Part shown: positions 54,082-64,000 of the stretch, piece after piece
Numbering within the stretch: the stretch's first letter is position 1
How the letters are laid out: the number at the start of each line of letters is the position of its first letter
Source: Podarcis tiliguerta
Lineage: Eukaryota
Assembly (NCBI GenBank): GCA_965153285.1
Contig: OZ229110.1
Direction: 5' to 3' (one strand)
DNA length: 64,000 nucleotides
Program-made: the position numbers and the translations under genes
Notes under the pieces: model-generated
Seen by the model: the letters and a program-made list of their open reading frames with translations, nothing else
Databases searched by the model: none
What the model was told of the DNA's origin: nothing

Positions 54082-54775
54082 TGTATACCACTCTTCATCT
54101 GTAGATCTCAGGGCTGTTCACAGCATAAAAATACAAGATAAAAACACAAAATACAAAAACAAAATACAAACAATATCAAAACAATAACCCCCTCCCTCTC
54201 CCTAGTAAGTGTACTTAAGACTGCAGCCTTAGTTGTTATTTAATTAAAAGCAACGTTCTGCAATTCAGCCGAGCAATATACTGTTTCTAAAAAAAGTAAA
54301 TAAAAACCTCACACACCCTTGAAGCAGAGTAATTTTATATCTATAGAAACCTGCATCACATGTTTTATCTATCAAAGGGGCCCTGCAGAATAGTTTTCTG
54401 GTGCAATCTCACATTTGATTTTTTCACTATTACACTTACAGTAACAATAGATATTTATGCCGCACTTGTTAGCTGTTCAGTTGTATAAGCAGATAAGTTC
54501 TGGCATGGCACTTTCCCATTGCACCTCTAACTTCCACCCAAGGCGTCACCCTAAAAGATATTTTTAGGAAACTGCTGGTTTCAAATCCACAGTGATAAAT
54601 AAGTCAATTGCCCCACTTCACATTCAGCCATCGTTGTGCAATGTTTTTAAACTCCCAGTCTTCAAACCTACTCTATGAAAACCTCCAGAGTTCATTTTCC
54701 CCTCTTGGCTCAGGCAACCCCCGCAATGTCTTGAGGAGGACGTTCTGATGCAACCTATTGCATCACATTGACATA

Positions 54776-55017
54776 CAGTGGTACCTCTCATTAAGAACTT
54801 AATTCGTTCCGGAGGTCCGTTCTTAACCTGAAACTGTTCTTAACCTGAGGTACCACTTTAGCTAATGGGGCCTCCCGCTGCTGCCGCACCACCGGAGCAT
54901 GATTTCTGTTTTCATCCTGAAGCAAAGTTTTTAACCCTAGGTACTATTTCTGGGTTAGCAGAGTCTGTAACCTGAAGCTTCTGTAACCTGAAGCGTCTGT
55001 AACCCGAGGTACCACTG
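54776..55017. mobile_element. Tc1/mariner (Tigger-like) MITE family B, copy 1
   Basis: cagtggtacctc...gaggtaccactg ends; left TA, right CA. Confidence 0.85.
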
Positions 55018-57763
55018 CACATCAGAATGTCTGTCTTTCTCTTTAGGGGAGGAAAGAATGAAGATGCAACAGCCTGGAAAATTGCCAGCCATTCTAGCTC
55101 CTGGTGTTCCAACTGAGTTGGCCTTTTCCTTTCCCCAGCCACCATCACAGAGCTACTCAGGGATCATGTTGCCCCGAGGGGAGGGGAGATGTAGTTTTGA
55201 AACAGGTTTCTTTTTTTCCCAACCCTTCTAGTTGTCTTCTCTGCTATATTATACCATTTTAACTGATACTTATTGATTTGTAGTTTCTTTGTAAACCAAT
55301 ATAATGATGTTTGCCTGAAAATCAGTATATAAATATCTTATCAGCTCACAATGTGTGAAAGCCTACCTGGCATTGAGGCATCACTACTTACAAGAACATT
55401 ACTACTACAGAACAACAAACCCCTGTGTTGCCAACTTAACACAACAAATAATTCAAGCAACACACAGACCAGTATACTAGATAGCACTGTAATTCTTATC
55501 GCATAATATACATTATTTGGTACAACAAAAACAAAATGTGTGCACTTGTAAATTCTCTAATATATTTGAAATCAGTTGAACACACGTCTGTCAATCTTTG
55601 AAAGTCCGTAGAAGTATGATAAGTTTATGGTTGAAACAAAGTAATAGATGCTATCCTGTGGGCTAAGCGGTAAAACCTTTTTTGGGCGTTCATGGTGCCG
55701 AAGTAGTAGGTGAATAACAACGGACAGTGATCCCGGATAATCTGACTGTTTCGCTGGAATCTTCTTCAGCACAACCCATAGATTAGAAAAATGCACAAGG
55801 AGCAGTGGTCATGAGGATATTACAAGAACATAACTGAAAACTATGTGAAAGAATGGCAATCCACAATAAAAAAGTAACCCAATGTATGGCAGAAGGTAAA
55901 ACAATGAAGGATATATAGGCAGACGTGTAGGAATTTGTGAAACACATAAAGCAATGTTGTCCTTTACATGCAATATAATTTTGTTAGCTTGGGTAGAGCA
56001 GCAAATTGCAAGCCACTCCCAAGTAATGGTCCATACATAGCATCAAAGGCTGATCAAGTTAATTCTGGCGCCAGAGGCAAAATAAAACCCACTGTCATTT
56101 TCTCTGTGGATAAAAATATAATAAAGAACCAACTATTTTCATGATACCAAAAATTGGCTGGTTGGCCAGTTAGAACAGGAGGCTGGCATAAATGGGCCTA
56201 TGGTCTAATCCAGCAGCAATCTTTTTCTTATGTTAGCTGTCTGAGGCAGCTGCCTCGCAGTGACACTACTGCACTACAAATTTGTTTAAATGTTTCGGAA
56301 CACGCTGTGACATTTCCTTTAGATTTGTAATTTTAAAAAATTAAAAGTTGTGTGAAGACATTCTCCTTCTCACAATGGCTGTGAAACGGTCATAAAATAT
56401 CTATGTGAAGTTCACAATCTCTTACAATTTATTCAATATTCTTAATTATTCAATGCATTTCCAAGTATATGGGTTAATTTTTGAATATGTTTTTGATGAT
56501 GCTTGGGAGCCAACAATTATATTTATTTCCGATGGATCTGGTAAAGCAGTAGTGCCAAGATATCTATGAATAAATCGGTTTCTACCTGCCCATCTCTTGC
56601 TGAATCTCACCTGGTTCCTGAGAAGCACAGTGATCTCAGAATTCTCCGAATTCATTGGGTGGCAGGCCTAGGCCTTCCTGAGAGGCATCATTAAAGCTGA
56701 ACTCTCATCTTCTGTATGTTGTTAGGCTTTATTGAATTCCAGTGCTTTTTCTTGCTGTTCTTAGTCATTCGCATTGATGGTTTTCTTGTGTATTTTTGTG
56801 AAATTTGTGTTTTTCACTTGCCATACATCGTATATGTTAAACAGTATATAAATGGACTTGGATAAATACACATACACAAAAACATATACTCAGCAAACAC
56901 TCACCTGTTTTATCTACTACCACTACACCTTGTCAACACTTCCCAGTCGCCTCTTTAATCTTTGTCAGCCTCTCCTTATTCCTGCACCTTATTCCTGCTT
57001 TCCTTTCATTATTGTTAGTAGTAGTAGTAGCAGCAGCAACTAACAGCAGTAGCTGAATGCCAGTTAATGATGTTGCTGCTGTAACAAGGCTTCCCATATT
57101 TTTTTAATGTTTTTTTTTCTGTGGAGCCTAGAAAATTAGTGGATGTGGTTTGCTGTCTGCCATCAACAGGAATTCATATTTATACAGCGTTCTTGCAATT
57201 ATAGTACTGATTAATGATAAGTGCCCTGCTGTCTGCAATCTATTCCTTTGAGGGAACCACACTTTATGTTCCAAAAAATGTTTTATACCTCTTAGTGATG
57301 CATTATTATTCTTTGCAGATCAAAGATCATGGTTGTCATGGAAACTGCAAAAACTGGAAAGCCAGTCGTGACATAGCAATGGCATAATGGGGAAGATCTG
57401 CTGGGAAATCACTCACTAGCCTGGGGTTTTGTGTTGGAAATGCTTGGGTGAATTTAAGTGGAAAGCCAAGTCGTTTCTGAGATCTAAAAGCATTGTGGTA
57501 TTAAACGCAAAATATCAGTCGCTGTTACAATCAGCATGCTTGACTGTGTGCAGTGCAGCAAAAAAACATGTTCCTAATTTTTTCTTCCTCCAAATGGGAT
57601 GCAGGAATACTACAGTTTTATTAATCCTATTTTCTACAATCCCACAGCAAGCTTTTGTGGATATATAGCATGCCACACGCCTAACCAAAGGCTCAGTTCC
57701 TCGAATTTCAGGCTTTAAAATTTATCTAACTCATTTGCAGAATTAACAACAACGATCCAAATA

Positions 57764-57989
57764 CAGTGGTACCTCGGGTTAAGAACTTAATTCGTTCTGG
57801 AGGTCTGTTCTTAACCTGAAACTGTTCTTAACCTGAGGTACCACTTTAGCTAATGGGGCCTCCTGCTGCCATTGCGCTGCCACCATGCAATTTCTGTTCT
57901 CATCCTGAAGCAAAGTTCTTAACCCGAGGTACTATTTCTGGGTTAGCAGAGTCTGTAACCTGAAGCGTCTGTAACCCGAGGTACCACTG
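57764..57989. mobile_element. Tc1/mariner (Tigger-like) MITE family B, copy 2
   Basis: TIR cagtggtacctcgggtta; TA TSD. Confidence 0.88.
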
Positions 57990-58672
57990 TATCAGAATGA
58001 AAGCTGAATAGAAATAAGCAGATGGGCCAATGACAGAATGAATACTTGACTTCATGGTGATTGGTGTGGAACACATTGCAACATGTTAATTTCCAGTGTT
58101 AGAAAATGTCGGGGCGTGGTGTGTGTGTGGGGGGGGTGTTTGTGTGTGTAAGTAAGAGTCTTGATATCTGCAAGTTCCATCTTTCCATGCCAGAAGCAGA
58201 GAACCCTTGGCCCTCCAAATGTTGGTAGACAACAACTCCCATTAACTCTGACAGTTGGCCATGCAGGCTGAGGCTGATGGGAGCTGAAGTCCCAACACCA
58301 TCTGGAAGCCCATAGACACACACACCCCATTCCGGTTCCAGAACTTTCTTTTGGAACATTTGGACAGCCTGACCATGAATGCGGTTGCACCGGTACTTAT
58401 GCAGTACTTATTTTACCTTTTTGGGGAAAGTATAAATCTTTCATCTAAGTGAAATTTCTGAAGCATAGAGTTAAAACAATTAGGGTTACAGGCATCCTGA
58501 GATACGCATCCACTAGCTGGTGTGTGTGATACCTGAGGTACCATAAGAGACACAGACATTTCCCCTTACTTTTAATTTTGGGAAGTTTCTGTTAATAACT
58601 TTTAAATCCGTACTGTAAGTCTATGGTGGGTTGTCTGTCCTATCATGCTGAATTATGTAAACAATTAAGTAG

Positions 58673-58674
<2 letters not shown>

Positions 58675-58708
<34 letters not shown>
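58675..58708. repeat. (GT)n microsatellite
   Basis: Directly visible; it reads (CA)n on the transcript strand, about 80 nt downstream of the duplicate exon's donor. Confidence 0.95.
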
Positions 58709-58710
<2 letters not shown>

Positions 58711-58788
58711 TCCAAAGTGAAAACATTGCCCAAAAAATTTACTTTAAAAAAGAACATGGATCCACCTTGCCTGGCATCTGGTACTTAC

Positions 58789-58956
58789 GAATAAAATGAT
58801 TTGAAGTGGACAGATTGACACTATCAGCATCGTCAGCGCTTTTGCCGCTAGAAACTTCATCATCCGATTCCCACACAGAGAAGATTGAGGAGCCGCCAAC
58901 TTCTTCAAACTTCCTCATTAAAATTCCACTCATAGCTTCAGCATTGTCACATGTAC
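58789..58956 (-). other. CSRNP3: Diverged duplicate of the CSRNP3 ATG exon (alternative exon or pseudo-exon); coding part 58789-58933
   Basis: MSGILMRKFEEVGGSSIFSVWESDDEVSSGKSADDADSVNLSTSNHFI. By manual alignment to 15511-15658 there are 23 substitutions in 145 nt plus one codon deletion. Acceptor ctctgacag, ATG, 23-nt leader and donor gtaagt are all retained. Homology continues about 90 nt into the upstream intron. Confidence 0.9.
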
Positions 58957-60540
58957 CTGTCAGAGGAACAGGAGAAATGAAGCATGAAAACATTTGACCG
59001 CTGACCATGCTATCAAAATCTCCAAAGTCATTGCTGGAGGGTTTTTTGTTTTTTTTATCAATACACTTGGCTTCTGTTTCTGCCTGGAGACTGGTAAAAG
59101 TACCAAACTGGAATTAAAAAACCAAACATGTACGTGTTTTGTTACAGACACATACTTCCTCAAATAATTGGGCAGGAACAATCAGTTCTGCAGCTTGGCT
59201 CAGGCACTACAATAGTCAGCAGTGGACTTGGGGTGCCCCTGCATGACGGAGGGAATCTTACATATAATATAGATCAACAGCTTTTGGGGTGTGCTGGTTT
59301 TTACTTTTGGAAGTATGGCAACCCTAACATAAAATATGGAAATACCTAATTGTGAAAAGAGGCCCAGTCTGAGCGATCTTCCAGCTCCTTTTCGGAAGAG
59401 AAAGCATTGCATAGCATGGGTCAGGCATCTCTTTCATCTGGCATCCTTGTGGAATGGCTACCCCACATCAGGACATGGTTTGCACAGTGGAGGGAAGAAA
59501 ACTATGCCTGCTCTTCTACCACGTGATGGTTCTTACCACCCAAGTAACTACACAATCCTATTGCAGCCAAAACAGCGAATGATGAACAGTCTTTCCAACA
59601 CTGAAGAGGCTGGTGTGCTCACCTGTTTGCCTATATAAGTATGCAGCATTTTTATTCAGATGTTAATTCCTACTGCATGCATTCAATGGGATTTGTTTCC
59701 TAATAAGTCACATATTTATGATTGCGGCCAAATGTCTGAATGGGTCCAACGTTAATATGTAGTATTTGGTTACACAGGAAAGGCTGTTTTATTCATAGTG
59801 CCCTCAGGTTCCCCTCACCCACTGATACTAGGCTTGAAAACTTTATACCATATACTTCCCTCTCCAGCTGTAACCCCCTCCCCCAAAAATGTTCCTCTCC
59901 ACTATGCAAAATACTATTTGTTGGCTTAGAAGGAAATATGTACATGGGATGGTAGGGCAATCCCAGAGCCATCCCAGCTCAAGGACATAGCTCTCCCACC
60001 TTTCTCAGACTCGGAGGACTTTATTTGGTTGGTGAACATAAACACACTTAAAGCTTACACATCTCCCCAATGCAATATTCCCCTGTAGACCTAGCCTACT
60101 CCTTACGAGGCGGCAATGAGCTGGAAGAATCCATAGGCAACAGAAGGGACTGTACCAGTTCAGGCTGCAAGTGGAAGCACCACAATTTGCTCCCCAACTT
60201 TAAAAATGGATAAAAGTAGTAGGATGCAGGGGCATAGCATGAAGGGTCAGAGGGGAGCCATGGCCCCAGGCTTACAACTTTTGAGGGGTGCAAACCAGGC
60301 ACCCCAGCACGGTGCTCCTCTCCGCCTGCCAAGGGCTGCGCTTGCTGGTTGGGCTCCCCTTGCACGGGCAGGCAGCTGCTCAGCTCAGCCCAACTTTTCT
60401 CCGGTGGGATCGCTCAGGAGGCGTTCAACAGTTCATCTCTAGCCATCAAAATGTTTTTCTTTTAACCCTGCAGAAATCTGGCACGGACTGTGCCATCTAG
60501 CCTTCATTTGATCGCTATGTTGTTAGAATATTTGACTTGT

Positions 60541-61230
60541 AAAGGTAAAGGTAAAGGCAGTGGCGTAGCGTGGGTTGTCAGCACCCGGGGCAAGGCAAGT
60601 AATTTGCGCCCCCTAACCCGGGGCAAGGCAAGTAATTTGCGCCCCCACTGCACTGTCCCTCCCCCAGATAGTCCCTCGCTCTCTCTCCACACCGCACCGC
60701 ACGCCTGGCACCCTCCCCTCCACACTGGGTGGCGACCCGGCGGCTCGGATCGGATTTGCACAGCCAGCACTGCAGTGAGAGAGAGTGAGTGAGCCAGGGA
60801 GGGGCAGAGAGCTGCGAGTGCGAGCACGCCCCCCCCAGATGTTGCGCCCGGTGCGGCCGGCACCCCCTGCACCCCCCACGCTACGCCACTGGGTAAAGGG
60901 GACTCCTGACCATTAGGTACAGTCGTGGCCGACTCTGGGGTTGTGGCGCTCATCTCGCTCTATAGGCCGAGGGAGCTGGCATACAGCTTCCAGGTCATGT
61001 GGCCATCATGACTAAGCCGCTTCTGGCAATCCAGAGCAGCACACGGAAACACTGTTTACCTTCCCGCCAGATTTATCTACTTGCACTTTGACGTGCTTTC
61101 GAACTGCTAGGTTGGCAGGAGCAGGGACCGAGCAGTGGGAGCTCACCCTGTCGCGGGGATTCAAACCGCCGACCTTCTGATCGGCAAGTCCTAGGCTCTG
61201 TGGTTTAACCCACAGCACCACCCGCGTCCC
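60541..61230 (-). mobile_element. Sauria SINE interrupted in its tail by a hAT MITE
   Basis: Tail at 60541-60557 and body at 60892-61230. The TSD ttgacttgt is at 60532-60540 and 61233-61241. Confidence 0.88.
60558..60891. mobile_element. Non-autonomous hAT-type DNA transposon (MITE), GC/CpG-rich
   Basis: Perfect 17-bp TIR cagtggcgtagcgtggg and perfect 8-bp TSD ggtaaagg (60550-60557, 60892-60899). Confidence 0.9.
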
Positions 61231-61890
61231 AATTGACTTGTCCCAATTTGACGTGTAGTCTGTTATATTAAGCAACTATATAGCAAGCTAACATAATTCA
61301 AATCTCTCACCAAACCCCCCGACATTCCCAAGTGACAGTTTATATGGCATAATCTTCCAAGGCTGCCGTCCTCAACTGCCTTTCTAGGGAATAAAGTCTC
61401 CTGAACACAGTAAACATGCACAAGATTCCACAGTGAAAAAGAGAGGGATGACAAGTAGCCTGGAGTGCAAATGCCTAATGGGGTTATCTTTGTTTTGTGG
61501 CTTCCTGATTTCTATTTTGCACATGTACTAGCAGAAATCCAGGCCTCATTTATCTTTGGGGAGAGAGCCCAGAGTGGAAGCAGGAAATTCTCTTCTAGGA
61601 AAGTTATTTTACAATAACTGGGGGGGGGGGCTCTAAAGCAATTGTTATGTTATGTGTTCACACTGACTACATGAGAGTGGGGAATTATGCAGCCTTCTGG
61701 ACTATACAGCCACTCTTGAATCGCTCTGCCTCACACCAACTTCTGACTTCTATGTGGCTAGAATGTAGCCTTACTGTAGAATATAAGAGTTGCATCTATT
61801 GACCCACCTACCATGGGATGCCTCTGAAAGGTCATCTGTGAGAGAAATGCAGCCCTCTGGTTGAAACAGGTTCCCCATCCCTTGACTTTA

Positions 61891-62132
61891 CAGTGGTACC
61901 TCAGGTTAAGTACTTAATTCGTTCCAGAGGTCTGTTCTTAACCTGAAACTGTTCTTAACCTGAAGCACCACTTTAGCTAATGGGGCCTCCTGCTGCCACC
62001 GCACCACCACCGTGCAATTTCTGTTCTCATCCTGAAGCAAAGTTCTTAACCTGAGGTACTATTTCTGGGTTAGCGGAGTCTGTAACCTGAAGCGTCTGTA
62101 ACCTGAAGCGTATGTAACCCGAGGTACCACTG
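61891..62132. mobile_element. Tc1/mariner (Tigger-like) MITE family B, copy 3
   Basis: Same TIR and body; TA TSD. Confidence 0.88.
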
Positions 62133-64000
62133 TATTGTTAATTGTGAGGTTTTTTTACCTCAGGCCTTTTTTTTTTTTTTTTACCCCACTGATAAGTGGC
62201 ACGTGTGCTTTGACATTCTGTTGCATTGACGGAGAATGGCAGGGACCGATATCCTTCTAAGTGGTGACATCCGGTATTGTCTGAACTGAAACAAAGACAT
62301 TCATTCCGATTTCCTTTAGAAAGCAGGTTTGTTGTGAAAGACCTTCAAATAAACTTTAATTGTGCAGCTTGGTTTCTTCTCCACGTCTGAATATGTATCA
62401 TTTTATAAACATTTGCCTCCGAGTGTCCTTTGCCATTAACTACTTTTATACTGACGGCATAGATGAGAGACAGAGTCAGAGAGAGAAGGTTACACTATGA
62501 GCAAGTTTATCATAGCTCCACAGTCAAAACAGCAGTTATACCAAGGAGGCCAGCTGTTCATTTAGAATAGGATCCACAAGCAATTAATCTGGCACACACA
62601 AGAGAGGACATGCCTATCACAATTATATCATAAAGACTGGCCACCATTTCTGAGTTTGCCAGGATGTTTTGCCTTATGCAAACAATTCTGAAAGGAATTT
62701 CTTTTTTAAAATGCAGGAAAAACTTGATGAAGTTTGTGAAATAAGAAATCCATGTCTTCATTTAAAAGCACAACTTTTCAACCATGGAATTAATGATTGC
62801 CCGTTGTGCCCAGTGACAGTAGCTGGATGACCTGAAATCAAAATTGAGGTTGTTAGCCTTTAGAATCCACGACTTATGTCAAAATTAAATGTCCCCCACC
62901 CCAATATTCATGTAAGTCAACAGAAAGAACAACAATAACACACCAAACTCAGTTATTCACAGCAAACAAAATATGATTTCTCCACTACTTTCAAATGTAC
63001 AGGAATAAATGGTTTTACACCTTCCCGAGTGCCACTTGTCTGTAGCTTTTGAAAGCTGCCAGCGTATAGCTAATTATAACCCAGCTGACGTCTCTTGGCA
63101 TCACATTCCCCAAGAAAAATAATTGTGCGGCATGGATGCAAGGCAGAAAATGCTAATGGAGACAGCAGACAAAGAACTGCATGTTTATACTGGAGGCAGT
63201 GATGGGAGAAACCACATCACTTTGTCTGAGCAGCTGAAGCAGTGAGACACATCAAGTTGCTCTTGTATCTGCTGTGCAGGAGATGCTACTGTCACTATAA
63301 GGAGTAAAAACAACAACAACAAAAGGAGAGAAGGAGACAGAGAGACAGAGAAAGACGTGGTAGGGGATCCCTAGGGTCCTGAGATGAGGCATGTTCAGAA
63401 TATTTTCATGCCCTCCCCATTCTCTAAACATGTCTCCCACACAACCAATGTTCCTCATTGTCTCCTGCAATGGATGCTACACTAAACCTGTGAAATCACA
63501 ATTATTTCCATGGCAACCAGCTGCAACATTAAAACTGAAGGGTTGTGGTTTGACTGGAGCACAGGACAAAAAAGAAGAACTGGTGGGCTCTTAAGCAGAA
63601 AATAAACAAATCTCTCCCCCTCCCCATTCACCTTTTTCTTAAAGGATCTTGTTAAGAAGGGTTGGCAAATGTGTTTTTGTTTTCTGGGATGAGATCAATC
63701 AACACAACAGCAAGATCCAAACATATCTGCAGGAAGAGGTAATGGTAAAAGCAAAAAAAGGACAAGCCTTTCCTGATCCAGGGCAAATTAAAAATTGGGA
63801 GAAGTCAGGATGTGGTAGGTCAAATTGTCTTATTTGCATGGGTGGATGCACAGATAACCAGCTCCCCATTTCACCTGTATGCTTGCTACAGTTTTATTAG
63901 ATGTTTGGTAAATGATTATCTATAGTCACCTATGTGAGGGAATGAAGAGCGATTTACATGAGTCTAATAATCTCTGTTGACCACAGTCACACCAGCTGGT

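Noticed and set aside
58739-59008. Duplicate exon as an assembly artefact, processed pseudogene or CSRNP1/CSRNP2 paralog
   Set aside because: About 16% divergence is too much for a haplotype duplication. Intronic flank homology and the retained donor exclude a retrocopy. Nucleotide and intron similarity are specifically to the local CSRNP3 exon.
60096-60953. GC-rich ORFs (up to 149 aa) suggesting a gene
   Set aside because: The longest are explained by the GC-rich MITE and SINE sequence, and none shows a recognisable protein motif.

Overview
Vertebrate genomic DNA, almost certainly a squamate and probably a lacertid lizard (inferred from Sauria-SINE and Squam3-type repeats). The window is the 5' part of the CSRNP3 gene on the minus strand. 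It holds the ATG-bearing exon (15511-15681) and the next coding exon (714-973), joined across a 14.5-kb phase-1 intron; downstream exons lie beyond position 1. The rest is mostly intron filled with transposable elements: a 5'-truncated, frameshifted Ty1/copia LTR retrotransposon, six Sauria SINEs, other SINEs, L2/CR1/RTE LINE fragments, and hAT and Tc1/mariner-type MITEs with visible TIRs and TSDs. The most notable observation is a diverged second copy of the CSRNP3 ATG exon about 43 kb upstream (58789-58956). It keeps its acceptor, ATG, donor and reading phase, so it could splice in frame either instead of or in front of the canonical exon. Most short ORFs in the supplied track are non-coding noise.
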